Shown: positions 38,712-49,563 of the stretch, one piece after another
Layout: every line of letters starts with the position of its first letter
Numbering within the stretch: position 1 is the first letter of the stretch
Origin: Clostridium sp.
GTDB taxonomy: Bacteria; Bacillota; Clostridia; Clostridiales; Clostridiaceae
NCBI RefSeq assembly: GCF_031292145.1
Contig: NZ_JARLHR010000120.1
Reading direction: 5' to 3' (one strand)
Length of the DNA: 64,000 nucleotides
The notes under the pieces: generated by a model
What the model was told of the DNA's origin: nothing
Seen by the model: only the letters and a program-made list of their open reading frames with translations
Databases searched by the model: none
Position numbers and translations under genes: made by a program

Positions 38712-38743
38712 TGTGGCAACTTTGTGGCAACTTTGTGGCAATC
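38712..38743. promoter_or_regulatory. three tandem 11-bp direct repeats TGTGGCAACTT in a divergent promoter region
   Basis: tgtggcaactt tgtggcaactt tgtggcaatc read directly, between the gene starts at 38618 (-) and 38818 (+). Confidence 0.45.
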
Positions 38744-38817
38744 AAGTGCACATAGAAAATTTTGAATAGAATTCTAATTCTTATATGGTAAAATATACTT
38801 TGAGGTGAACTAATTTC

Positions 38818-39510
38818 ATGGATAAAAAATTAATATATATTGCTGATGACGAAGTTAATATTTGTAACATCATAAAATCTTTTCTTATTAAAGAAGGCTT
38901 TGAAGTTGAGATATTTACAAATGGACGTTCTATACTTGAAGCATTTAACAGAAAACAGGCTGATATGCTTATATTAGATATCATGATGCCTGAAATAGAT
39001 GGATATGCACTCTGCTCTTTAATAAGGCTTAAAAGTTGTGTGCCAATAATAATTGTGTCTGCCAAAGATACGGAGTCAGATAAAATAACCGGCCTTAAAT
39101 TAGGAGGCGATGATTATCTTACTAAGCCTTTTAGTCCGTTAGAACTTATTGCAAGGATTAATAGTATTTTTAGAAGAATAGAATTGGACAAGACTACTGC
39201 AAATAGTAGCCAAATTATTAAAATATTTGATGTTTCAATAAATCTTGATACTAAACAAGCTGAAGTAAATGGTAAGCCTTTAGGTCTTACGGTAATGGAA
39301 CTATCGCTTCTTTATTATCTCATAGAAAATAAAAATAGAGCTGTCAGCCGAAGTGAACTTTTAGATAAAATTTGGGGGTTCGATAATAGAGTAGAGACTC
39401 GTGCTACTGATGATATGCTAAAAAGAATACGCAAAAAACTTTCTGATGTAGATTCGACTCTAAAAATTCATACGGTATGGGGTTTTGGTTTCACCATATA
39501 TGATAACTAA
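38818..39510 (+). CDS. OmpR-family response regulator
   Basis: Receiver domain (LILDIMMPE) plus a winged helix (TVWGFGF). Confidence 0.85.
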   Translation: MDKKLIYIADDEVNICNIIKSFLIKEGFEVEIFTNGRSILEAFNRKQADMLILDIMMPEIDGYALCSLIRLKSCVPIIIVSAKDTESDKITGLKLGGDDYLTKPFSPLELIARINSIFRRIELDKTTANSSQIIKIFDVSINLDTKQAEVNGKPLGLTVMELSLLYYLIENKNRAVSRSELLDKIWGFDNRVETRATDDMLKRIRKKLSDVDSTLKIHTVWGFGFTIYDN

Positions 39511-39554
39511 GAACATAAAACATAGAATTATTAATACATATAAGGAAGGATATT

Positions 39555-41051
39555 ATGAAAAGAAATACAATAAAATGGAGAATTTTTAAATATAATATTA
39601 TTGTTATTATTATGTTAATTACATTCACCGCTGTAATATTTAATGTAGCTGTACGCATATACATAGAAAAAAACATTGTGACACAACTAAATAAGATTGC
39701 ATCGAATGCTGAAGATACTGCGCTTAAACATGGGCCAGACTTTTTTAAACAAATTCCACCACCACCTCCTCCAGATTCACAAAATATTGATCTTCCTCCT
39801 TTTCATGCGGAGGAGACTGAACTTCCACTTACTGATCTGCAAGGTACTAATGACCTTTTTAAATACTATTTTATGTTAGATCATTCACTCAAAGAGCCTC
39901 TTACTTTATTAAATGCTGACTTTATTTTAATTGATCAAAACGAAAATAGAATTACCCCTTTTACAGATAAATATGTTTCTGATGATTTTATGAAGCAGTT
40001 AAAAAATGAAATTAACAATTCTAAAAAAATAGCTCAAGAAACTCACTTAACTTTCCGTTCATCTGGTACTGAATACATTGCTATTATAAAACCTGTATCT
40101 GATAAAAATTCTTTTGGTTTAGGTTGGATAATCATATATTCAAATGTTGAACAAATAAATCAACTACAAATTGCAATAAATTTAATTCTTTTTTTTATTC
40201 TGATTTTTTCTGCACTTATTACTGTAGTATTTTCTTCACGTGTATCAAAAAAAATCTCTGAACCATTTTATCATCTTAATCAATATATAAGTGCTATTTC
40301 TGAAAGAAACTTCGGAAATAAAATTGAAATGCCTGTATACGATGAATTACGTGAATTGGTAAATAACATAAACATTATGTCTGAAAAACTTGAAACTTAT
40401 GATAAGGCTCAAAAAACCTTTTTACAAAACGCCTCACATGAATTTAGAACTCCACTTATGTCAATACAGAGCTATGCTGAGGGGATTAAGTATGAAGTTG
40501 TTGATAGTAATAGTGCTGTTACAGTTATACTTTCTGAAATTAAACGTATGACTCGTTTAGTGGAAGACTTGTTATATTTATCTCGTCTTAATGCAATTGA
40601 AGAAAATTATAATTATGTAAATTTAGATTTTAATGCGCTTACAAAGAACTGTGTGACTAGCGTGAATTTGCTAGCTGAAAAAAGTAATATAACTCTTAGA
40701 ACTAAACTATCTAATCAAATAATTCAAATTTATGGAGATGAAGAAAAGCTTTCTCGAGCAATTACTAATGTTATTAATAATTGTATAAGATATGCAAATA
40801 GTATTGTTACAATAGAACTAATCACTATAGATAAAGCAAACGTACAACTTGTAATATCCGATGATGGTCCAGGCTTCAAAAATAGCGAACTTCCTAATAT
40901 ATTTGAACGGTTTTATAAAGGAGTAAATGGTAATTTAGGACTCGGATTATCTATTAGTAAAAATATCATCGAAAAGCTAAATGGTCAAATTTCTGCTAAA
41001 AATTCAATGTCAGGCGCCCTGTTTATAATTGAATTGCCAATTAGTTTTTAA
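39555..41051 (+). CDS. sensor histidine kinase (two TM, Pro-rich extracytoplasmic domain)
   Basis: H-box ASHEFRTP and G-boxes DDGPGF and GLGLSI. Confidence 0.85.
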   Translation: MKRNTIKWRIFKYNIIVIIMLITFTAVIFNVAVRIYIEKNIVTQLNKIASNAEDTALKHGPDFFKQIPPPPPPDSQNIDLPPFHAEETELPLTDLQGTNDLFKYYFMLDHSLKEPLTLLNADFILIDQNENRITPFTDKYVSDDFMKQLKNEINNSKKIAQETHLTFRSSGTEYIAIIKPVSDKNSFGLGWIIIYSNVEQINQLQIAINLILFFILIFSALITVVFSSRVSKKISEPFYHLNQYISAISERNFGNKIEMPVYDELRELVNNINIMSEKLETYDKAQKTFLQNASHEFRTPLMSIQSYAEGIKYEVVDSNSAVTVILSEIKRMTRLVEDLLYLSRLNAIEENYNYVNLDFNALTKNCVTSVNLLAEKSNITLRTKLSNQIIQIYGDEEKLSRAITNVINNCIRYANSIVTIELITIDKANVQLVISDDGPGFKNSELPNIFERFYKGVNGNLGLGLSISKNIIEKLNGQISAKNSMSGALFIIELPISF

Positions 41052-41084
41052 AAATATTACTAACTAAAATATACTTTCATAGGA

Positions 41085-41137
41085 CAAAAAAACTGCACAA
41101 TTCAAAATGCACAATCAATAATTATGCATTTTGAATT
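41085..41137 (-). terminator. terminator between convergent genes
   Basis: Perfect 13-bp stem AATTCAAAATGCA/TGCATTTTGAATT, with T7 six nt downstream on the minus sense. Confidence 0.5.
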
Positions 41138-41277
41138 ATGTACTAATTGGAGTATATTCCCTACCCCTTGATTCTTTAAAAATCTTTGCTTTATTGTTCT
41201 TAATATAAAAAATTTAATTATGATTCCTTCAATTATTTACATCAATACTAGTTCACTAAAACTATTTTTCTAAATTT

Positions 41278-42021
41278 TTATGCATTTAGTACTTCTTTAA
41301 ATTCAAGAAGTATCGTTTTTACTTTTTCCTCTTCTAAAGGTTTGTATGCTTCTATATATCTTGATGCATCAAGAGCTTCATAGGCTTTTTTACTCATAGC
41401 AACCCAATTTTCAGGTATATATACCCATACTATATCTTCATATTTACAACTTAATAAAAAATGTTCTAGTCCATAAAATGCATACTCTTCAATTTCATGC
41501 AATTCATTAAAAGCCACATAATCTTTAACTACATTTATTGTTAATCCCTCTTTATACATATCTACATAAAAGAAATCAAACTTTTCTTTTGAAACTTTTA
41601 GAGCATCACCTTTTATTATTTTTATTTTTTCATTTTCATTAAAGTTTTGATAATATAATTCAATTAATTCAGCTCTATTCTCATATACAATAACTTCTTT
41701 TACCTTAGTTTTTTTTGCAATTTCCTGCACTACATAACCAATACCAAGTCCAACTACTCCAACTTTTCCATAAGCAAACGAAATAGCACCATAAGAACTT
41801 TCTATTTCTTTAGGTGTAAACTCTATTAAACTAATACTTTTTCTATATAATTGTATTGTATCTATATCATATTTTTCTTTATTTTCATACATATATCCTT
41901 GTAAATTCTGTTTATCTATAGCATATTTAACTATTTTATAGTCACCACAAGTTCCTTGATTAACTAACTTATTATATTTTTTCATCTCTTGGAACACAAA
42001 ATTTTTATTATATGGCTTCAT
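41278..42021 (-). CDS. hypothetical protein with Rossmann-like (spermidine-synthase/methyltransferase-like) GxGxG motif
   Basis: 247 aa. VGVVGLGIGYV followed by an acidic residue about 20 aa later. The assignment is weak. Confidence 0.35.
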   Translation of the reverse strand: MKPYNKNFVFQEMKKYNKLVNQGTCGDYKIVKYAIDKQNLQGYMYENKEKYDIDTIQLYRKSISLIEFTPKEIESSYGAISFAYGKVGVVGLGIGYVVQEIAKKTKVKEVIVYENRAELIELYYQNFNENEKIKIIKGDALKVSKEKFDFFYVDMYKEGLTINVVKDYVAFNELHEIEEYAFYGLEHFLLSCKYEDIVWVYIPENWVAMSKKAYEALDASRYIEAYKPLEEEKVKTILLEFKEVLNA

Positions 42022-42228
42022 AGTTAATTCCCCTTCTTGAAATATTTAACAAAACTTTTATTAATTATAACACATATTCCAATTCTTGCATAACCTTATA
42101 TGTAAATTTATTCTCATTCATATATTTAACAAACCATAACATAATACCATATTTTTATCTATAATATAAATAGTAATATTAACTTTTTATTTTTATATAT
42201 GTATGCTATACTTACGTTAATGATTTGA

Positions 42229-42386
42229 GGCATATTCAAAAAAATAATAAGTCAGTATGCTAGTCTATTTCCAGTCATACTTCGTCAGCATGTTCACCTA
42301 ATAGGCCCACTATGAGGCAAACATACTTCCTTGTCTGACTGGAAATATACATCGCATCACGGACTCATTATTTTCTTTCATATGCC
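42229..42386. mobile_element. family-A MITE-like element, copy A6 (full length, inverted orientation)
   Basis: GGCATATTC...GAATATGCC-type ends. The tip is the reverse complement of CTCATAGTGGGCCTATTAGG. Flanks are TGA/TGG. Confidence 0.75.
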
Positions 42387-42422
42387 TGGTATCATTCAAT
42401 ATTTTGTAAAGTAGGTGTCTAT

Positions 42423-42752
42423 ATGAAAAATGTTACTATAAGCCAAGAAGCTTATAATGAATTTAAATCTTTTTTAGAAGAAAATAAAATCACTGATTTT
42501 AATATTAGAATAAATTTTGCTGGTTTTGCATGTAGCGGCCCAATTTTTAACATATCTGTTTCAAAAGCAGGCGATGAAGATGAAGTTGAAAAAATTGATG
42601 ACATCTCATTTATATATGAAAAAAGTCTAATAGAACAATTTGGTGGATTCATAATCCTTTCTTCCGAAGAAAATGAAGGTCGCGGCTTAAGCTTAAAACC
42701 TGTTATTGAACCTGAAGGCGGATGCGGTGGTTCTTGTAGCGGATGCCACTAA
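42423..42752 (+). CDS. HesB/IscA-like iron-sulfur cluster assembly family protein
   Basis: 109 aa with an IscA-like fold signature (FAGFACSGP) and a Cys-rich tail GGCGGSCSGCH. Confidence 0.6.
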   Translation: MKNVTISQEAYNEFKSFLEENKITDFNIRINFAGFACSGPIFNISVSKAGDEDEVEKIDDISFIYEKSLIEQFGGFIILSSEENEGRGLSLKPVIEPEGGCGGSCSGCH

Positions 42753-43186
42753 AATAAATACAAAAAATTTATGTAGGATGAGTGCAATAATATTAAGCAT
42801 TCATTCTTCATTTTTTATTATTAAGGCACATTTTAAAAAATCAACTTATAATATAATTCTATTTAATTACGTCTACTTATTGTATTTATCATTGTAAATT
42901 AACATAATCATCACTAATATCATATATTGCAGCTAGCATGTCTATCCAATAATACTCTCTTATAACTTTTTTCTCTTTTTCTTCCCCTGTAGCATCTTTT
43001 AACCATTATACTTATTATAATAGGTATAGATAACAACATTATATAATCTATATTTTTAAGATCTCGAACCAAGAACTCCCATCTTATATTCTCATTTATT
43101 TTAACACATAAGCTTATGTTTGCATATTTAAAATTGGACAATTGGAGGAAATTTATTATGCTGAAAATATGATTTTTAAATGTACC

Positions 43187-44521
43187 TTATCTAGCCCACT
43201 CATGTATGGCTTCATTAACCATTTTTAAGCCAATATTTCCTTCTAGAACTTCTTTCACTTCTGTGTTTATTCTTTTTATTTCTCCATATGCTCTTTTTAG
43301 AGATAACTCTTCATTTCCAGATATGACCCATATTGACTTTTTATTAATTGGTTTTACACCTAACTCTTTTTCTCCAACTCCATCTGTAAAATATATTAAT
43401 ACAGAATCTCTCAAATTATTATCATTAATATATTGAAATACTGGTGTAAATTCTGTTGAACCATTATCTTTTGATCTTTTACGTATGTCATTTTCATCTT
43501 TAAGTAGATATATGCTTCTAATTTCATTATCGCATTCAATAATTGTAATCTTGTTTTTAGTATTTGATGTTATTGATACTATTTCTATTAATATTTTATG
43601 CATATCATCATCGTTAATGCTAGCACTTATATCAATAGCAACAATCAGCTCTGTTTCACTTTTAGGCAATCTTCCCCTTAAATCTAATCTATCTGGCTGC
43701 CTTCTATCTCTTCTTGTTATTGTTTTTTTATAACCTGATTTTACAGTTGGCAGAATATTTTTAAGAACAACTTGCCAAGGTATTTCAGCTTTTTCCTTAT
43801 ATGCCAAGATTATAGTTTCTAATCCCTGAGGAGTATTTGGGTTATAAGCACTTATAGCAGTTTTCTTTGTTAAATTTTTAATATCCTCTTCACTCATTTG
43901 TATTTCTTCCCACAAATCGTGGGCCTTTGACATATCTAGCTCATATTTTAAATCATCATCTTTATTAACTGTACTTTCTTTTATCCTAGATTTAATTGAT
44001 TTATATATTTTTTCTGCATATTCTTCTATACTTCTATTTTCTTCAAGAGATAACTTATATTCCATATTGATTGCATGAAGCCTTTTACTAAAACCAGGCA
44101 AATCTTTAATATATTGATTAATTGAAATATCTAATGCAACATTTATTGCCTCTTTATTAAATCTATTTTTTAATTTTCTCTCCCTTTCAAAATGAGAATT
44201 CATTATATGATATATTTCATGTTTAAATAAAGCAGCCATCTCCCTTTTACTGCAATTTAAAAATAAGAAAGGATTAAAGTACATATTAAAATTCTCTCGG
44301 TTAGGAATAGTAGCTATTGGTACAGTTAAATTAATATTGATATTTCGTCGTACTCTAAGCATGAATTGTCCAAAAAATACATCCTGAGTTTGTAATAGAT
44401 ATAATATGACATCTTCAACTAATTCAAAGAAACGTCTTTTATAGCTGTCATTAAATTTAACACTTTCTTCTAAAGTATATGCTTCTTTTAAAAGTTGCTG
44501 TCTTTTTTCTTCAAAATCCAT
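43187..44521 (-). CDS. VWA-like domain protein with N-terminal putative metallopeptidase domain (DUF2201-like)
   Basis: HEIYH zinc-binding-like motif and a C-terminal VWA/MIDAS-like IAIDISASI. Paired with the AAA gene. Confidence 0.6.
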   Translation of the reverse strand: MDFEEKRQQLLKEAYTLEESVKFNDSYKRRFFELVEDVILYLLQTQDVFFGQFMLRVRRNININLTVPIATIPNRENFNMYFNPFLFLNCSKREMAALFKHEIYHIMNSHFERERKLKNRFNKEAINVALDISINQYIKDLPGFSKRLHAINMEYKLSLEENRSIEEYAEKIYKSIKSRIKESTVNKDDDLKYELDMSKAHDLWEEIQMSEEDIKNLTKKTAISAYNPNTPQGLETIILAYKEKAEIPWQVVLKNILPTVKSGYKKTITRRDRRQPDRLDLRGRLPKSETELIVAIDISASINDDDMHKILIEIVSITSNTKNKITIIECDNEIRSIYLLKDENDIRKRSKDNGSTEFTPVFQYINDNNLRDSVLIYFTDGVGEKELGVKPINKKSIWVISGNEELSLKRAYGEIKRINTEVKEVLEGNIGLKMVNEAIHEWAR

Positions 44522-44532
44522 ACTATTTCTCC

Positions 44533-45618
44533 TTACTTAAATATATCAAAAAACGCCTCCAAAAATGCTTCATTATTTAATAATTTTCCATATACTTCAC
44601 CATTATAGTCACGCTTTATTTCTTTCATTATTCCAAATCTTAAATCTCTAGGATATAAATTTAATACTTCAGAAAATAACCTTAAATTTTTTTCTTGAGA
44701 CATATTTTCTAAATATTTTAACGAATTTTTTGCTAATATGTACAACCTTGAATGATTTTCCTTTTGAATTATTTCTTTTAACTCAAAATTTAAAATTTCA
44801 TTATTGAATATGTCTTCTATATTTATTAATGGATTTTTTAAATTAATTATGAAATTACCAAAATCATTAGCAATATTTGTTCCAACATTTCCTTTTACAA
44901 CATTTAAAAATATATCAAAAGAATACTTTTCCTTATTTCGTAAGTAAATATTATAAGCCTTTGATATTCTTTCCCAGCTTCTTGGTGTAGCTTTTATTGT
45001 TTCCTCAGAATCTGGAGAATGTAGGTATTCTGGAAAGGTAGATAAAAACTCTATAATATGTTCATTTATATTTCCACCCTTGCTCATTCCCCAATTTATC
45101 CATTCTTTAATGTCAGAATCAAGCCTTACCCAAACAAACCTATCTTCTTGCGCTGGATCCATCTCTACGACGTCATACCTACTATTGGCAAAACCATCAT
45201 TTCTATTTGAAGGATTCATTGCTGCTATAACCTTAACTTTATCATTTAATACATACCCATTGATTTCTCTATTTAAAATTAAATTCATTAGTTCCTGAGC
45301 AACAGCATGATCACATCTATTTAATTCATCAATAAACAAAATAACATTTCTATCTTTTTCTTCTTTTATAGCTCTTTCAATTTCTAATAATTTTACATGT
45401 GTAGCATATATAGTAGCCTTGTTTTCAACTATAGGCAATCCGCCTATTTCTCCTTCTTTTAATAAGTTAGCATCTATTGTGACCAAGTAATCTCCGTTAT
45501 TTTTAGCAATCTGCTTAACCAGAGAAGTTTTTCCGACTCCGCTTTCTCCTATTATTAAAGGTACATCATCTGCTGCAATTATTAAATCTACTGTATTTAA
45601 GCATTCTGAATATTTCAA
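44533..45618 (-). CDS. MoxR/AAA_5-type AAA+ ATPase
   Basis: Walker A GESGVGKTS and Walker B LFIDELNR. Confidence 0.75.
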   Translation of the reverse strand: MKYSECLNTVDLIIAADDVPLIIGESGVGKTSLVKQIAKNNGDYLVTIDANLLKEGEIGGLPIVENKATIYATHVKLLEIERAIKEEKDRNVILFIDELNRCDHAVAQELMNLILNREINGYVLNDKVKVIAAMNPSNRNDGFANSRYDVVEMDPAQEDRFVWVRLDSDIKEWINWGMSKGGNINEHIIEFLSTFPEYLHSPDSEETIKATPRSWERISKAYNIYLRNKEKYSFDIFLNVVKGNVGTNIANDFGNFIINLKNPLINIEDIFNNEILNFELKEIIQKENHSRLYILAKNSLKYLENMSQEKNLRLFSEVLNLYPRDLRFGIMKEIKRDYNGEVYGKLLNNEAFLEAFFDIFK

Positions 45619-45636
45619 AATTTACCCCCCTTAAGA

Positions 45637-46416
45637 TTACATCGATAATTTATAATCTACTAATAACTTTTTGGTTCTTTTACTTCCATACTCTCTGACA
45701 AAATTAATTTTATCCATCTCTAAAATCTCTAGTTCCAAAAAATCTACAATATATTTTCTTTCAATGTTTTCATCTTTAATCTTTTCTTGTAGAACTTCAA
45801 CTACTAAATCTACATCTATACTTCCATAAATATATTTCACCACATTAATATTTTCATAAATAAAACTTCTTATTTCATCCAAATCATAGTTAGAAATATA
45901 ATTTATAGCTTCTCCATTTAATTTTATTGCTCTTACTTTAGCTTCTATACTTGGATTTTTAATATATCTAATTGCCACATAATAATTTTCTATGGCTGAA
46001 AGTTGAACTTTTTCTGATGGATTTTCTATATACTTAATTGCATCATAATCCTTACTAACTGCTATAAGTTGTAATTCTTCACTTGGATTTTTTACATATT
46101 GTATAGCCCATCCTTTAGTTTTAATAGCTTCTTCAATAATTTCTTTACTTGGATTTTTGATAAACTCCAAAGAATTCCATAAGCTTTTTACACACATAAT
46201 GCCAATTTCTGCATTAACATTCTCAATATATTTTACGCATAAAGGAGTATTACTTATAGCTTGTTTTTGAACTTCTTTACTTGGATTTTTGATGTACTTA
46301 ATATTATTACCATTATTTTTTACTATAAATAATTCTAATTCTTCATCTACCTTATCTAATTGTAGAACATATTCAGGATTATTTTTTAATTTTAATAATA
46401 CTTGCTCTTTATCCAT
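45637..46416 (-). CDS. repeat protein (DUF4116-like IKYIxNPSxE repeats)
   Basis: At least 6 copies of an approximately 30-aa repeat xxIKYIKNPSxEVQxxAI. Confidence 0.5.
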   Translation of the reverse strand: MDKEQVLLKLKNNPEYVLQLDKVDEELELFIVKNNGNNIKYIKNPSKEVQKQAISNTPLCVKYIENVNAEIGIMCVKSLWNSLEFIKNPSKEIIEEAIKTKGWAIQYVKNPSEELQLIAVSKDYDAIKYIENPSEKVQLSAIENYYVAIRYIKNPSIEAKVRAIKLNGEAINYISNYDLDEIRSFIYENINVVKYIYGSIDVDLVVEVLQEKIKDENIERKYIVDFLELEILEMDKINFVREYGSKRTKKLLVDYKLSM

Positions 46417-46455
46417 TCTTTATCACCTCTTCATTAGAATAAATAGTTAATTGTT

Positions 46456-47247
46456 TCAATCCTTATACTTTTCAATTTCTCTTTTAACAGAAAAAAGCAA
46501 ACTATTTAATTCCCATATTTCCCCATCCTCTATTAACTTATTTAAAGTTTTTTGATATCTAGATGCTTCTGCTTCTTTACCTAATGAAATTAATGTAAGT
46601 AATGAATTCATTATATTAGAAATCAAATTTGACTTAACTTCAAATAATTTTTGAGCATCTTTAATTTCATCCTTAATTTCTAACATTTCTTCGTCTAATC
46701 TAAATGCTGCGTCAGCAGAGCTCTTAAGCTTTTCTTTTAATTGTTCTGGTATATGTTGTTTATATTTATAATTTAGAGAATGTTCAATGGTTGCCCAAAA
46801 GTTCATCGCTAATGTTCTAATTTGGAATTCTGCTAATATCTCAACTAATCCCTCCGCCATATTTACAGGATATTTTATTATCATGTGATAACTTCTATAA
46901 CCACTTTCTTTTACATTTCTTACATAATCTTTTTCATAAAGAATTTGCATATCTTTACGACCTCTTAATATCTCGACAACTGTATCTATATCATCAACAA
47001 ATTGGCACATTATTCTAATACCCGCTATATCCTCAAGTTCATACCTAATTCTATCTATTGGTATTTCAAATTTATTAGCCTTTTCTAGCATACTCGATAC
47101 TTCTTTTACTCTTCCAGTTACAAATTCTATAGGTGAATATTCATTTTTTCTTCTATATTCTTTCCTAATTGATTTTAATTTAACTTTCATTTCATCCACT
47201 GCTTGCTCGTAAGGCATTAAAAAAACCTTCCAATCATTTATTGCCAT
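46456..47247 (-). CDS. small alarmone synthetase (RelQ/RelP-type GTP pyrophosphokinase)
   Basis: RelA/SpoT synthetase-fold motifs (DIAGIRI, SGYRSYH, EFQIRT). Start moved to MAINDW after AAGGGTGG. Confidence 0.8.
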   Translation of the reverse strand: MAINDWKVFLMPYEQAVDEMKVKLKSIRKEYRRKNEYSPIEFVTGRVKEVSSMLEKANKFEIPIDRIRYELEDIAGIRIMCQFVDDIDTVVEILRGRKDMQILYEKDYVRNVKESGYRSYHMIIKYPVNMAEGLVEILAEFQIRTLAMNFWATIEHSLNYKYKQHIPEQLKEKLKSSADAAFRLDEEMLEIKDEIKDAQKLFEVKSNLISNIMNSLLTLISLGKEAEASRYQKTLNKLIEDGEIWELNSLLFSVKREIEKYKD

Positions 47248-47316
47248 AATACCACCCTTTGATAACATCATTACTCAATATCGTTCTTATCTATTATATC
47301 AAAAACTTTAAATTAA

Positions 47317-47375
47317 GACACATGAAAAAAAATAATAGCTACGCATACTGATCTATTATTTTTTTTGATTGTTCC
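47317..47375. mobile_element. family-A MITE-like element, copy A7 (short)
   Basis: GACACATGAAAAAAAATAATAGC...ATCTATTATTTTTTTTGATTGTTCC flanked by TAA/TAA. Confidence 0.7.
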
Positions 47376-47504
47376 TAAGTTTGCATAATATAAATAAACT
47401 ATTAAGAAAATTAACATAACCTATTTATGAATTGCATTAATATGATATAATCTATCTATAAATAAAATTTTAAGTAATGTACTTATTATTGAGGGGACTA
47501 TAAA

Positions 47505-48185
47505 ATGAACAATACTAATATATTAAATCATTTATTTGATAAGCAAATAATCTGCCCTGTTTGCGATGCACATTTTAAAGTAAAAACAGTAAAATCTAAA
47601 TCACCAAGAATCTCCTCTAAAGATTCAGATTTTTTTATACGATATTCAGTAGTCAACCCATATTTTTACGATGTTATAATTTGTAATTCTTGTGGTTATG
47701 CAGCCTTACGCTCGGACTTTGATAATATTAAATCTTATAAAAAAGAACTTGTTTTTAGCAATGTAACTCCAAAATGGAAACCAAGAGAATATCCTGATAT
47801 TTTAGATGAAAAATTAGCAATTGAACGTTATAAATTAGCATTATTAAATGCTGTACTCCTTAATCTTTCAGATAGCACAAAGGCCATGATTTCATTAAAA
47901 ATATCTTGGATGTATAGATTACTTGAAAATAATACTCAAGAAACAACATTTCTATCACAAGCTCTTGAAGGATTTAATGATGCATATATAAAAGAAGTTT
48001 TTCCATTATACGGAATGCAAAGAGATGCTTTTATGTATCTGCTTGGTGAATTAAATAGAAAAATAGGACACTATCAAGATGCATTATTATGGTTTTCAAA
48101 GACCATCGTTAGCGTTAATTCTTCACATAAAATTAAAGAACTAGCTCGCATTGGAAGAGATTTGATTAAAAATCAAACTCTTTAG
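47505..48185 (+). CDS. DUF2225-like zinc-ribbon protein
   Basis: CPVC...CNSC pairs at the N-terminus and a TPR-like helical C-terminus. Confidence 0.5.
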   Translation: MNNTNILNHLFDKQIICPVCDAHFKVKTVKSKSPRISSKDSDFFIRYSVVNPYFYDVIICNSCGYAALRSDFDNIKSYKKELVFSNVTPKWKPREYPDILDEKLAIERYKLALLNAVLLNLSDSTKAMISLKISWMYRLLENNTQETTFLSQALEGFNDAYIKEVFPLYGMQRDAFMYLLGELNRKIGHYQDALLWFSKTIVSVNSSHKIKELARIGRDLIKNQTL

Positions 48186-48220
48186 AAATATATTTTTTAC
48201 TTAACTAGGGGGAATATGTA

Positions 48221-49162
48221 ATGAAATTTTTTAAAAATAATACAACAAACACAACCATAACTCCTGAAATTTCCAAAACCGAAAACATTAACAAAGAAAC
48301 TATAAATCAAGAATTAAATAACAATTTAAGAGATTTACAAAATAAAGCTGATAGAATAGATAACTCTCTTAAAGATATTACCACTACAGCATCTTCATTA
48401 ATATCTTCTACACAATCTCAAAATAGTGAGTTACATAACACTAGCAATATGTTATCTAGCTTTCGTTCAAACATGGAAAATTTAGCAATTGATATTACAA
48501 ATGTTCATATTAAAGTATTAGATACAGATAAATTAGCTGATAACGGCTTAAATACTATTGGCAACTTAGATACATCATTAACTGACCTTGAGGAGGCATT
48601 TACCGTATCTACTTCAACTGTAAATGCATTAGTGTCAAAGTTAGAATCTGTAAACACTATAACTGATTCTATAAGTCAAATAGCAAGCCAAACTAATCTT
48701 TTATCACTAAATGCTGCAATAGAAGCTGCTAGAGCTGGTGAAGCTGGTAAAGGTTTCTCTGTTGTTGCCGGCGAAGTTAGAAAACTTGCTGAAAATTCAA
48801 AACTTGCTGTACAAAGCATAACTAGTATCCTTGAAGAAATTAAAGTAGATATTTTGAAGGCCTCTAATGCAATGAATTCTGGTAATTCAGCATTAACAAC
48901 TCAACATAATTCTTTACAAGAAGCAAAATGCAGTTTTTCAGACATAAAAACATCTATCGAAGAAGCAACCGAAGAGATTAATACTTGTATAGATCACTTA
49001 ACTGCTGCCTCTCAAGAAAAAGATACTGTAATTTCTTCAGTTGATAATATGTTTACTATTTTTGAAGAAAGTGAAAATTTATCAAAAGAAATTGCTTCAC
49101 ACATTCATGCCCAAGAAAATGCTATTGAAAATATTAGTGATTCCATAAGAAAATTACTGTAG
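48221..49162 (+). CDS. soluble methyl-accepting chemotaxis signalling-domain protein
   Basis: [34 protein letters not shown] signalling hairpin. No TM segment. Confidence 0.75.
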   Translation: MKFFKNNTTNTTITPEISKTENINKETINQELNNNLRDLQNKADRIDNSLKDITTTASSLISSTQSQNSELHNTSNMLSSFRSNMENLAIDITNVHIKVLDTDKLADNGLNTIGNLDTSLTDLEEAFTVSTSTVNALVSKLESVNTITDSISQIASQTNLLSLNAAIEAARAGEAGKGFSVVAGEVRKLAENSKLAVQSITSILEEIKVDILKASNAMNSGNSALTTQHNSLQEAKCSFSDIKTSIEEATEEINTCIDHLTAASQEKDTVISSVDNMFTIFEESENLSKEIASHIHAQENAIENISDSIRKLL

Positions 49163-49443
49163 ATACCCAACTGTGGACTTAGACTTATGCATTAACCTAC
49201 CGAAAGGCAGTGGAATCTGTTGTTTCGGGATGCTATAGAATATAGCTGTGGATTTCTACCAGTAGAAGTTGCACCATTTAAACTTGCTCCTAAGGCAAGC
49301 TTATGACAAGTTTAAATGGTACAACTTCTACTGAAGAAATGCCTACAGCCATATTCTAAATGCACCCTGCACAAAAGATTCCACTGCCTTTCTAGTGTGG
49401 TATATATTTCAATGTATAAATCTAATTAATATTTTGGATATCT
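49161..49443. repeat. about 283-bp long imperfect palindrome (C1)
   Basis: Arms 49201-49285 and 49307-49395 are near-complementary. The outer ends are AGATACCCAA/TTGGATATCT. It starts at the MCP gene stop codon. Confidence 0.8.
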
Positions 49444-49563
49444 GTATGGATACATAATTATATCCATTCATTTCCTTATGCACAAAACATAATAAAAACA
49501 TCTCTTTCAGACTTATCAGATGAATATATTTGTTAAATCTTATGTTGATATATCAACACAAAT

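Noticed and set aside
42820-42850. AAGGCACATTTTAAAAAATC as another family-A terminus
   Set aside because: Only about 9 nt match the terminus, there is no partner arm, and the similarity decays immediately.
42706-43141. Track ORFs 42706-42897 (+) and 42920-43141 (-)
   Set aside because: Both lie in the AT-rich spacer after the HesB-like gene, have no SD sequences and have implausible compositions.
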